This document shows positions 30,975 through 39,748 of a DNA stretch of 64,000 nt, piece after piece; within the stretch, counting starts at the first letter, position 1, and every line of letters begins with the position of its first letter. A program made the position numbers and the translations under genes. The stretch is taken from the NCBI GenBank assembly GCA_035623855.1, contig DASPSQ010000009.1, positions 26,413-90,412 of the forward strand. Direction: 5' to 3'. This stretch comes from Thermoplasmata archaeon (GTDB lineage: Archaea > Thermoplasmatota > Thermoplasmata > Lutacidiplasmatales > UBA184). Below the pieces are notes generated by a model. The model saw only the letters and a list, made by a program, of their open reading frames with translations, did no database searches and was not told the origin of the DNA.

Positions 30975-31116
30975 GGCCCCTACTCCAGGGAAGTCAGTCT
31001 CGACGCTCGGGTCGATGACGACCGAACTCCTCTCTTTTTCCTGGCGCACCGATCGAGTCCCACGGTGCGCGGGAGGGTGCGCGAGATAAATAGTCCGGCC
31101 TAGCGTGCTCCGCCTC

Positions 31117-32007
31117 ATGGCCGAACCTCCTCACGGGGAGCCCGTGCGCAGTGAACGCCAGGGGCGCGTGGCTCTCCTGACCCTCGATCATCCGCCGGTG
31201 AACGTCCTCTCCGAACCCGTTCTCAGGGCCTTGGCGAACCGGCTGGTCGAAGTCGAGCACGATCCCGAGGTACGGGTCGTAATCCTCGCGAGCGCGGCGC
31301 AACGAGCGTTCGCGGCCGGCGCCGACATTCATGAGATGGCCCCGATGGGTCCATCGGCCGCGCGGGAGCATGGAGGCCGCGGGCAGGGAGTGACCCGACA
31401 GATCGAACGGTTACCTCTCCCGGTCATCGCAGCGGTTCATGGGGTCTGCCTCGGTGGAGGATGCGAGATCGCGCTTGCCTGCGATTTCGTCGTGGCGAGT
31501 GAGGATGCCACCTTCGGTCAACCCGAAATCAATCTGGGTGTGATGCCCGGATGGGGGGGAAGTCGGCGGCTGCCACGTCGGATCGGGGCGTCGAGAGCCC
31601 GCGATTGGATCCTCACCGGACGCTCCGTTCCGGCGTCGGAAGCGTTCTCGGATGGGCTCATCTATCAGGTGGTGCCCCGAGGAGAACTTCTTCCGGCCTC
31701 GCTTCGTCTGGCCGAAGAGTTGGCCCGCAAGCCTCCGGTCGCGCTCGCGGCGGCGAAGTACGCGATTCTGAACGCGATCGATCCCCAGATCGACACGGGT
31801 CTCGCCTACGAGCTTGACCTGTGGGCCCGGCTGTTCGGTACCCCCGGCCAGAAGGAAGGCATGCGGGCGTTCCTGGAGAAACGGGCGCTCCCCGAGTTCT
31901 CGCGAGCCGACTGGGCCACGGTTTCGGGCGGCTTTCCCTGGGGATCAGCGGAACGTGCGGACCCGGGCGGAAAACGGAAGAAGGCCGGAGCGTCGGGTCG
32001 GGGCTGA
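31117..32007 (+). CDS. Enoyl-CoA hydratase/isomerase (crotonase family)
   Basis: FAAGADI, AVHGVCLGGGCE, FGQPEINLGVMPGWGG. Confidence 0.9.
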   Translation: MAEPPHGEPVRSERQGRVALLTLDHPPVNVLSEPVLRALANRLVEVEHDPEVRVVILASAAQRAFAAGADIHEMAPMGPSAAREHGGRGQGVTRQIERLPLPVIAAVHGVCLGGGCEIALACDFVVASEDATFGQPEINLGVMPGWGGSRRLPRRIGASRARDWILTGRSVPASEAFSDGLIYQVVPRGELLPASLRLAEELARKPPVALAAAKYAILNAIDPQIDTGLAYELDLWARLFGTPGQKEGMRAFLEKRALPEFSRADWATVSGGFPWGSAERADPGGKRKKAGASGRG

Positions 32008-32009
32008 GC

Positions 32010-32082
32010 GCCGCGGTGGCTCAGCTGGTAGAGCGGCTCCTTGGTAAGGAGCAGGTCGAGGGTTCAAACCCCTCCCGCGGCT
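32010..32082 (+). tRNA. tRNA-Thr(GGT)
   Basis: GCCGCGGTGGCTCAGCTGGTAGAGCGGCTCC-TTGGTAA-GGAGCAGGTCGAGGG-TTCAAAC-CCCTCCCGCGGCT. Anticodon GGT, no encoded CCA. Confidence 0.95.
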
Positions 32083-32101
32083 GGAATTTCACTCAGCTCA
32101 C

Positions 32102-33163
32102 ATGCTAATTTGGGGGCGATCCCTTCCGTTCTTCGTGAACCGGGGTCGGACCGTTTCTCGTCTCCTTAAATCGCGAGAGCCATCTGTCCGCTGGAAGGCA
32201 CGGGTTCGGGTGCTCGGAGAAGAACCCGACTCGAGGCCAATCCGCGAACTCCGCGAGCAGATTCGGGTCTCGCCTCGGACCAGAGCGTTACTGGCGACGC
32301 GGAGAAGGCCCGGGCGTCGAGCCCCCGTCGGAATCTATCACAAGTGGCTGGGAACGCATTGGGCTCTGGCCCAGCTCGCAGACGTCGGGTATCCTTCGGG
32401 AGATGAATCACTCGAGCCGCTGGCTCGGCAAGCCTTGGACCTGTGGCTTCAGCCAGCTTACTTTCGCGAGTTTGACGCTTCCACGGAAGAGGAAGCCACT
32501 CGTCGGCATGACGCGGTCCCGAGGTTGGCGGGACGTTATCGACGATGTGCATCGCAACAGGGCAACGCACTGTTCTACTGCACCACGCTTGGCTTGGCAC
32601 CCGACGCGTGCGACCAGCTGGCGGAGCGACTGATGCACTGGCAGTGGCCCGACGGGGGCTGGAACTGCGACCGAAATCCCAACGCCGACACATCGTCCTT
32701 TGGTGAGACGCTCACGCCGATGTTGGGTCTCTTTGCCTACGGAACGGCCCGCCGAAAGACGGTCGCTATTCAAGCGGCGCGTCGGGCCAGCGAAGTATTC
32801 CTGCGCCGCCGTCTCTATAAGCGAGTCTCTGACGGCCACGTCATCCATTGGGAGTTTGCCGAACTCCACTACCCGCTCTACTGGCACTACGATGTCCTCG
32901 GCGCGCTGAAAGTCCTTGGTCCGATGGCACAGTTGGATGACCCTCGATGTGACGACGGGTTGAATCTGCTCGAGTCCAAGGAGCTGCCCGGCGGCGGTTG
33001 GCGGGCCGATCGCCGCTACTACGACCTCCCGGGCGAGCGACCCCGAAGGGGAACCGATCGGGTCCGTTGGGGGCGCCTGGGACGTAACACGATGAACGAA
33101 TGGGTGACCGCAGACGCTCTGTCGGTCTTGCGCGCCGCCGGTCGCCTTTCCCCGGGGGAGTGA
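32102..33163 (+). CDS. Hypothetical protein with prenyltransferase/squalene cyclase-like repeats
   Basis: QWPDGGWNC and ELPGGGW repeats, YPLYWHYDVLGAL; start may be GTG 32135. Confidence 0.65.
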   Translation: MLIWGRSLPFFVNRGRTVSRLLKSREPSVRWKARVRVLGEEPDSRPIRELREQIRVSPRTRALLATRRRPGRRAPVGIYHKWLGTHWALAQLADVGYPSGDESLEPLARQALDLWLQPAYFREFDASTEEEATRRHDAVPRLAGRYRRCASQQGNALFYCTTLGLAPDACDQLAERLMHWQWPDGGWNCDRNPNADTSSFGETLTPMLGLFAYGTARRKTVAIQAARRASEVFLRRRLYKRVSDGHVIHWEFAELHYPLYWHYDVLGALKVLGPMAQLDDPRCDDGLNLLESKELPGGGWRADRRYYDLPGERPRRGTDRVRWGRLGRNTMNEWVTADALSVLRAAGRLSPGE

Positions 33164-33289
33164 GGCTCGTCGCCGGCTCGTCTCCATCGACGTGCCACCA
33201 AGTCGAGCCGCGAGACCAGGCCTAGGTTTCCGTGCTCGTTGCACGAGAAATCGGTGTCGATTCTCTCCGGAGGATCATTCGAGCCCGGG

Positions 33290-33328
33290 AAGGGATTCGA
33301 ACCAAAAGGGAAGGTCCTCCCCCGGCCT
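33290..33328 (+). repeat. tRNA-Thr-derived repeat R1 (subtype B, degenerate)
   Basis: AAGGGATTCGAACC-AAAAGGGAAGG-TCCTCCCCCGGCCT. Confidence 0.6.
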
Positions 33329-33414
33329 CAGGCAGACGGACTTTCCAGTGCCACAATCCACACTTCTCAGAAACTTTAATTGTAGGATATCCATAACAGC
33401 AATTGAATCATACC

Positions 33415-33627
33415 ATGGCGGCAACGACCATCACCGTTTCTCAGGAGACTCGAAAGCTGTTGGAGGGTCTGAAGACCGGCGGTGCCACCTACGACGACGT
33501 GATTCGCGGCCTGATCATCGCCCATCCCACTCAACTCACGCTGGCGGAGTTGGCCCGGCGGATTCGAGAGGGGAAGCCGCATCCTATCGAGGAGCTCATC
33601 GCTCGCAGCCGAGAACAGCCCTACTGA
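33415..33627 (+). CDS. Putative antitoxin (RHH-like, archaeal type)
   Basis: MAATTITVSQETRKLLEGLKTGGATYDDVIRGLI; directly upstream of a RelE-like ORF; AT-rich promoter with TTTAAT near 33375. Confidence 0.7.
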   Translation: MAATTITVSQETRKLLEGLKTGGATYDDVIRGLIIAHPTQLTLAELARRIREGKPHPIEELIARSREQPY

Positions 33628-33634
33628 GGGAACC

Positions 33635-33979
33635 GTGCCGTTCCGCCTCGAGAGCGTCGAGGAGGCGGACACCGAGTTTCTCGCCCTTCCTCCCGATGTT
33701 CGAGAAGTGTTCATCGCGGCGTTTCGAGAGCTGGCTGCCAGCGATACTCCGCTCGCCCGGGGACCCGGGTGGTACACGGAGGAGCTGCGACAACGCCAGC
33801 GTGTCGCACCACAAGGGCTGTTCTCGCTCCACGTCCGGAATCTCTGGAGAGGGGTCTACTTTCGGCGCGGCAGGTCCCTGATCTTCATCGCTTTCGGATT
33901 CCGACTGCCCGAGTTCTACGACAAACTGAAACGGTTGCGGAAGGTAATCTCGACTCCAGCCCTTTCGGGGCGGATTTGA
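33635..33979 (+). CDS. Putative RelE/ParE-family toxin
   Basis: 114 aa; EEADTEFLALPPDVREVF...LFSLHVRNLWRGVYF...IFIAFG fits the RelE layout; stop codon lies inside repeat R2. Confidence 0.65.
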   Translation: MPFRLESVEEADTEFLALPPDVREVFIAAFRELAASDTPLARGPGWYTEELRQRQRVAPQGLFSLHVRNLWRGVYFRRGRSLIFIAFGFRLPEFYDKLKRLRKVISTPALSGRI

Positions 33980-34008
33980 ACCCTTCGTTCAATCCCCTCC
34001 CGCGGCTG
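33970..34008 (+). repeat. tRNA-Thr-derived repeat R2 (subtype A)
   Basis: GCGGATTTGAACCCTTC-GTTCAATCCCCTCCCGCGGCTG; right part is 21/22 identical to 32062-32083. Confidence 0.9.
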
Positions 34009-34310
34009 TGTTCCCCCCCGAAAACTCCTTTCGAGAGGGCAACCTCCAGAGACGAGCTCAGCCGTTCGGGAAGTACCGATCCGTGGTGGCCGCTGGGACA
34101 TGCCCGGAATCCTCGGTTTGCGGGCAGGTGGCCAAGAATCGATTTTCGAGGGTGTCGCCGGATCCCCCCTCTTCCTCGGGGGAACGTAGCCTGTCCTCGG
34201 CATGGACGGGCCGCGGCTTGGGGGGCCGAACCCCATCGCCGCTCCAGACGCGGGTCAAAGCCCGTCGGTTCGAAAGTCGGGGATCTCCTCGACCGTACGA
34301 AGGTGAGGTC

Positions 34311-35000
34311 CTACCAGGTCTTCTGGAGGACTTCGGCGACCGAGGGCAGGTCACGAAGTCTAACCTTAGCTCCCGTCTGGAGGGGACCCTGATCCCATCC
34401 CCTCTCTACCGTGAGGAACGCTTCTCTCCAGGTCGACGGTTCCGCCCCCCGAAGATGCAGAATGTGCTCATACCCAAACCGGTTTGCGTTCGGGGCATCC
34501 GCCCACAACATGAGCACAGGTCCTCCGGCCTCTACGATGGAACGGATCGTGGGGCCCACAACATCTGCCGGATACAAGGTGTGTAGGCGATGCGCCCCCG
34601 ACAGAACCAGAATCGGCCTCGGTCCTTCGCGCGGAAGTCGGGAGAGCATATCCTGAGTCTGCTGCGGGAGGCGGAGGAACTCGGCAAAAGAACGGACGGA
34701 CTCGTCCCCCTCATCCGACCGTATGAGGTAACCGAGCGCGACATTGCCGACAGGTTCGTTCCTCTCGAGTACTTTCGGAGCGACGACAATGAGCCTATCC
34801 TGCGGAATGAGCGAGGTCTTCAGCAGATCTGTATCTTCGAGCACTTCGCCCTCCAGCTGGACATGCCCCCAAAGGAAACCGCCCGGATGCCCGAACACCA
34901 GGCCATAGGCGACCCAGTTGAGCAAGGAGCGACCACTGCCACAGATAATCACGGAGGTGCGCGGCTCAAACAATCCTTGGGGTGGCGCGGTAGGGACCAT
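34311..35000 (-). CDS. Hypothetical protein (possible degenerate RecA/KaiC-like fold)
   Basis: 229-aa ORF with natural composition; TSVIICGSGRSLL resembles a decayed P-loop. Confidence 0.55.
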   Translation of the reverse strand: MVPTAPPQGLFEPRTSVIICGSGRSLLNWVAYGLVFGHPGGFLWGHVQLEGEVLEDTDLLKTSLIPQDRLIVVAPKVLERNEPVGNVALGYLIRSDEGDESVRSFAEFLRLPQQTQDMLSRLPREGPRPILVLSGAHRLHTLYPADVVGPTIRSIVEAGGPVLMLWADAPNANRFGYEHILHLRGAEPSTWREAFLTVERGWDQGPLQTGAKVRLRDLPSVAEVLQKTW

Positions 35001-35170
35001 CGAGCCCTCTTTCTTGATCCGGAAGGAGATGATGTCCCTTCCTCTTGTCTCTATTGCCCCAAGCGGTGTCGGCCCGAGCGATTGCCTCGCGGCAGTCGCA
35101 AGTGCATCGGAGGCAGTCCAAGTTGATCACACGCGCACCCTGAGGTTCTCGCGGGAACCGATCTGCTCCG

Positions 35171-35216
35171 AAGGGACGTGAACCAAGATGTCGGTCCCTC
35201 CCACAGCTGGAATTTC
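35171..35216 (+). repeat. tRNA-Thr-derived repeat R3 (subtype B)
   Basis: AAGGGACGTGAACC-AAGATGTCGG-TCCCTCCCACAGCTGGAATTTC; last 21 nt are 19/21 identical to the tRNA end plus trailer. Confidence 0.85.
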
Positions 35217-35340
35217 CTTCAGCCTTCAGGATATCTCGGAACTTGGAAGGCTTCCCCGAGGCCAAACTTTGCACGTCCCCAACATGGGCCGAGAAGAAAC
35301 CCTTTCGTGGACTTGGGCGGTACCGAGCCCAGAATTCGGT

Positions 35341-35964
35341 ATGCTAAGAACCAATCGAGCGATCACGAGGCTCTCAGGACTTCCGCGATACTCGACAAAG
35401 GAGCTGTCCCCCCAATCTTGGCGAGACTTTGAGAGCCTCTTTCTGAGGAAAAGCGAAGGTGGAGGTTGCTGGTGCATGATCTTTCATCATCTCGGTCGAC
35501 TTCCGAAGACCGAAAAGGGAGGGATGACCCCGGCCCGAGTCGCCAGGTGCCGCAAAGAGAAGCGAACCTTGGTGTGGAAGGGTGCCTCCCACGGCATCCT
35601 GGTCTACGCGAACACAGAACCGGTCGGGTGGTGCCAATACGGCCCGAAGGAAGAGCTACCTCGAATCGATGCGGGGACGCTCTACAGGAAGCTCGCAATC
35701 GACCACGATCGCCAGCGACTTTGGAGGATTACATGCTTCTGGGTCGACCGGAAGCATCGCAATCGGGGGGTTGCAAGCACAGCCTTGGGTGCAATCCTCG
35801 AATCGATCAAAAGAAAGGGCGGAGGACTTGTCGAAGCGTATCCAGCCAAAGTAAAGGGATTCCCGGCCGACTGGATGGGCACCTGGTCCATGTTCCGGAA
35901 GGAAGGATTCGAAATCGTGGCGCCCTACGGTGCATCCAACGTGCTCGTACGGCGGACGGTGTAA
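35341..35964 (+). CDS. GNAT family acetyltransferase
   Basis: GCWCM, PVGWCQYGP, ITCFWVDRKHRNRGVA, VEAYP, MFRKEGF; start moved downstream of R3. Confidence 0.8.
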   Translation: MLRTNRAITRLSGLPRYSTKELSPQSWRDFESLFLRKSEGGGCWCMIFHHLGRLPKTEKGGMTPARVARCRKEKRTLVWKGASHGILVYANTEPVGWCQYGPKEELPRIDAGTLYRKLAIDHDRQRLWRITCFWVDRKHRNRGVASTALGAILESIKRKGGGLVEAYPAKVKGFPADWMGTWSMFRKEGFEIVAPYGASNVLVRRTV

Positions 35965-36027
35965 CACGGGTCAAGGCCGGCAGCGAATCTTGGCCCAGGC
36001 CAGCGCGGGCAGGGGCACCCGCATCGC

Positions 36028-36067
36028 TGTGAACCCTCAGTTCAAACTCCTCCCCCGCCCGGAAAAT
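36028..36067 (+). repeat. tRNA-Thr-derived repeat R4 (subtype A)
   Basis: TGTGAACCCTCA-GTTCAAACTCCTCCCCCGCCCGGAAAAT; 21/25 identical to 32062-32086. Confidence 0.8.
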
Positions 36068-36164
36068 CTCGTACGGGATGCGCCCTCGTATTGACTTCGC
36101 CGTGCCAACGGCTTGAGCTATCGCGACTGGCGGAGTAATTAGGGCCGGCTCATCATCCCAAGCC

Positions 36165-38369
36165 GTGGCGTCGCCGCCCCTCACCCCAGAACGGGTGTTC
36201 GGCAGCCCCGCGTTGTCGGGGCCGGTGGCTCGGGGCGTTGAGGTCTCGCCGGACGGTCGCTACGTCACCTTCCTGGCTCCCGAGCCGACGAATCAGTTCA
36301 AGCTCGATCTGTGGATTGCGCCGGCGGATGGCGGCGAAGCTCGTCTCCTGGTCTCTGGTGAGGCCGTCGAACCATCTGACCAGAGCCTAAACGAGGCCGA
36401 GAAGAGCCGACGAGAACGGATGCGACTGGCGGCGGTCTCCGGCGTGTTGACCTATCACTGGGACGAACAGTCCAGGATGCTGCTGATTCCCGCCGGCGGC
36501 GAACTCTACACCGCTGACGCCCGGACCGGCCGTGTGGCGAGGCTCAACACCGGCGGCCCCGGTGCCACCGACGCTCGAATCTCTCCGTTGGGCCGTTACG
36601 TGAGCTATGTGCGTGACCAGAACCTCTATGTGATCGACTTCGACGATGGCCGGGAGCGAGCACTGACGACGGAGGGGCAGGGGCCGATCAGCTTCGGTGT
36701 CGCCGAGTTTGTCGCCCAGGAAGAGATGGGCCGCTACACCGGCTATTGGTGGGCGCCGAACGACGACGCCATCGCGTACGCAAGGATTGACGAGAGCCCG
36801 GTTGAGATTGTCCCGCGGCTCGAGGTTGCCGTGGAGGGCGCCCGGGTCTCATCCCAACGGTATCCCCGCGCCGGCACGGCCAACGCCCTGGTCAGCCTGT
36901 ACGTGCGGCGGATGACGGACGACGGGTCGCCGGTGCTCGTCGACTTGGGCACCGCTACCGACGTCTATCTAGCGCGAGTTCACTGGTCGGCCGACGGGCG
37001 CGATCTCTATGTGGAACGCGAGAGCCGTGATCAGAAGAGGCTCGACCTGCTTCGAGTCGACCCCGCCACCGGAGACTCCGTCGTAATCCTCAGCGAAACT
37101 CGATCACCTTGGGTCATGCTCACCCACGATTTTCGTGCCTTGAAGGATGGTGATTTCATTTGGGCGTCCGAGCGCTCCGGTTCCAATCAGTTGTATCTCT
37201 ACCATGGCGACGGAACCCTGGTGCGGTCCATTACTGCCGGCAACGCCCCGGTGGTGCGTGGCGCCCTCGGCGCCGGCGCCGAGGCGCCGGGCTTAGTGGG
37301 TGTCGACGAGGAAGAGGGGGTTCTCTACTTCATGGCCTCTCGCGAGACCCCGATCGAGCGCCAACTCTATTCGGTCTCCTACCGCGCCCCGGCAGAACCC
37401 GTGGCCGTCACCCAAGGTCACGGGTGGTGGACCGCAGTGATGCCCCAGTCTGCGACCGTGTTCGTGGGCTACTACTCCGACCCAGTAACGCCACCGCAGA
37501 CCGCCCTACTCCGCGCCGACGGCCAGCGGTTGCGGTGGGTCGAACAGAACGCCCTCGACGCCCACCACCCGTACGCCCCCTACGCCGCGCGCTATCCGCT
37601 GCCGGAGTTTGGCACTCTGAAATCTTCGGATGGCCAGGACCTTTACTACGTCCTACAAAAGCCCGTCAACTTCGATCCGTCCCGCCGATATCCGGTGATC
37701 GTTAGAGTCTACGGAGGGCCCGCCGCGCAGTTTGTGACGCGTGCCTGGCCGGATGTGAGGGAGAAGCTCTTCCTCGAGGCCGGCTTCCTTGTCTTCTGGC
37801 TCGACAATCGCGGGTCGGCCAATCGCGACTCCACTTTCGAGGGGGCGATTGCCGGCCGACTAGGGTCGGTGGAGGTTGATGACCAGATCGTCGGGTTGGA
37901 CTGGCTCAAATCGCTGCCCTTCGTGCGCGCCGACAAGATCGGTGTCTGCGGCTGGTCCTACGGGGGATTCATGGCGCTGCGCATGCTCACCGACCCGCGG
38001 GCCCATCTCGCGGCCGGCGTGGCCGGCGCCCCGGTCACCGACTGGCGTCAGTACGACACCCATTACACGGAGCGCTACTTGGGAGACCCCACGGTCAACG
38101 CCGCCGCGTACGACCACTCAGCAGTCATCCCGCGCCTTGGTGCCTTGTCCGGCCGCCTGCTCCTCATTCATGGGATGGCCGACGACAACGTTCCACTCGG
38201 GAATTCTATCGCGGTGATGGCGGCCCTCCAGGCCCAGGGAACGCTCTTCGACCTGATGCTCTATCCCGGTGAGCGTCACGGCGTTCAGGGTGTAGGTCGA
38301 CAACTCCAGCTCTGGCGAACTCTGCTCGGGTTCTTCGTACGGGAACTGGGCGGGAACGCAGGTCTCTGA
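36165..38369 (+). CDS. Dipeptidyl peptidase IV (S9B family)
   Basis: DPPIV N-terminal propeller (AEFVAQEEM, YPRAG), catalytic GWSYGG, HGMADDNV, YPGERHG. Confidence 0.92.
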   Translation: MASPPLTPERVFGSPALSGPVARGVEVSPDGRYVTFLAPEPTNQFKLDLWIAPADGGEARLLVSGEAVEPSDQSLNEAEKSRRERMRLAAVSGVLTYHWDEQSRMLLIPAGGELYTADARTGRVARLNTGGPGATDARISPLGRYVSYVRDQNLYVIDFDDGRERALTTEGQGPISFGVAEFVAQEEMGRYTGYWWAPNDDAIAYARIDESPVEIVPRLEVAVEGARVSSQRYPRAGTANALVSLYVRRMTDDGSPVLVDLGTATDVYLARVHWSADGRDLYVERESRDQKRLDLLRVDPATGDSVVILSETRSPWVMLTHDFRALKDGDFIWASERSGSNQLYLYHGDGTLVRSITAGNAPVVRGALGAGAEAPGLVGVDEEEGVLYFMASRETPIERQLYSVSYRAPAEPVAVTQGHGWWTAVMPQSATVFVGYYSDPVTPPQTALLRADGQRLRWVEQNALDAHHPYAPYAARYPLPEFGTLKSSDGQDLYYVLQKPVNFDPSRRYPVIVRVYGGPAAQFVTRAWPDVREKLFLEAGFLVFWLDNRGSANRDSTFEGAIAGRLGSVEVDDQIVGLDWLKSLPFVRADKIGVCGWSYGGFMALRMLTDPRAHLAAGVAGAPVTDWRQYDTHYTERYLGDPTVNAAAYDHSAVIPRLGALSGRLLLIHGMADDNVPLGNSIAVMAALQAQGTLFDLMLYPGERHGVQGVGRQLQLWRTLLGFFVRELGGNAGL

Positions 38370-38571
38370 GGACCGGCCGTCGCGAGGAGGAGGGCTTATC
38401 CAATTTCTCGATTGACGTTGGGGAAGTTTTCGTCGGGTCCGAGCGAACGCTTCTGTCATCCGGGTGAGCCTCCGCCCCGAGCACGTCGATGAGGGAGCGA
38501 GGCTCGATTTTCACCGCCATCCGGGCGGGGGGTACTCGGTCCACCGTGACGGATCGCCGGCGTCTTCTCAT

Positions 38572-38608
38572 GGATTTGAACCCCCAGTTCAAACTCCTCC
38601 CGCGGCTG
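38572..38608 (+). repeat. tRNA-Thr-derived repeat R5 (subtype A)
   Basis: GGATTTGAACCCCCA-GTTCAAACTCCTCCCGCGGCTG; right part is 21/22 identical to the tRNA end. Confidence 0.9.
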
Positions 38609-38844
38609 ATATTCTCTCGTAAGCTGGCCCACGGTGGACCCCCAGCGGTTCCTCGACAGTGGGATTTCATCAGGGGCCTGGCGCTAGCAGATCAGCCGAG
38701 TTAACGACGAGACTCCGCGCCAAAGGGGGTGTGATTGGGACGGACCCGTACTCCCCGGCCATGATCTCCCGGATGCTTCCGAAACATCTATCAGGAGGGA
38801 GCTTACTCACGGCGCAGTCCACCCGCGGATTGGAAGGTAGAAAG

Positions 38845-39531
38845 ATGGGGTTCATCGACGATCTGAGCGTGGTCGTCGATCTGCTGGTGCTGGTTGCGGT
38901 AGTGCTCTTCTACACGGGGTTCCTCGTGTGGTTTCACACGCTCTACCGAAAGGATCCGGCCCGAGCTTACACGCACCTCCGAGGCGGAGGGTTCATCCTG
39001 GCGCTCCTGGGTGGTCTCATCGGATTGTTCGCCATCTGGGGTGAGTTCGTTTGGCCCCTCACGATCCAAACCCCCGGGGGCGCGCTGACCGTTTACAATG
39101 TCTTCTTCTTCGACCCGTTGCTCTTGCTAGCCGTTCTGCTTGTCGGATTCGGAGTCGCGGTGTGGGCCAAGCTCCCCACGCATTTCATCGGGGTGATGGG
39201 CATCGTGAGCGGCGGCGGAGTGATTTACTACGGGTACTTGGGGTACCAAAACAGCCTCACGCTAGACCACCTCGAGACGTACCTCCTGTTCCTGGTTTGG
39301 GGCACAGTGTCCATCGCATCCTACGGCGCGACGCTGTTTGTGGACTGGTTCGTGATCGGGCCGCAGAACCCGAGCGTCGGTCCCCTCGCTTCGGGCCCGA
39401 CGCCCGCGTTCCCGCGGATGTGGGCCGTGCTCATCTTCCTCTTCCTCATCGTGGTCGTGCTCGCCGGGGTCGCCACGATTTGGTACGGGCAGAACATCAC
39501 CTGGGGTCATCTACGAGGGCTAGGCCCCTAG
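38845..39531 (+). CDS. DUF981-like membrane protein
   Basis: MGFIDDL start, WPL...YNVFFFDP, about six TM segments; stop codon overlaps R6. Confidence 0.7.
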   Translation: MGFIDDLSVVVDLLVLVAVVLFYTGFLVWFHTLYRKDPARAYTHLRGGGFILALLGGLIGLFAIWGEFVWPLTIQTPGGALTVYNVFFFDPLLLLAVLLVGFGVAVWAKLPTHFIGVMGIVSGGGVIYYGYLGYQNSLTLDHLETYLLFLVWGTVSIASYGATLFVDWFVIGPQNPSVGPLASGPTPAFPRMWAVLIFLFLIVVVLAGVATIWYGQNITWGHLRGLGP

Positions 39532-39575
39532 GGATTCGAACCACGGTGTGAGTCCCTCCCGCGGCTGGAATCTTC
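39530..39575 (+). repeat. tRNA-Thr-derived repeat R6 (subtype B)
   Basis: AGGGATTCGAACC-ACGGTGTGAG-TCCCTCCCGCGGCTGGAATCTTC; CCCTCCCGCGGCTGGAAT is an exact 18/18 match. Confidence 0.9.
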
Positions 39576-39748
39576 CTCGGCCCACAGGCCAGCTTGGGTC
39601 AAGTTCGGTTGCTTTCACCCATCACTGCGAGGAGACCCCGAGCTAGGCCGAGAAGTTACCCCTCCGCAGAGGGTGGGAGCGAAGTCAGTCGCCCTCTGGG
39701 GGAATGGCAGGCTCCATCCGGAAGAGTGGAAGCGGAAAGTCCTGTAGG

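Noticed and set aside
38370..38570. Possible minus-strand gene remnant (MAVKIEPRSLIDVLG...) before R5
   Set aside because: No recognisable family, and the reading frame runs into the DPP IV 3' end.
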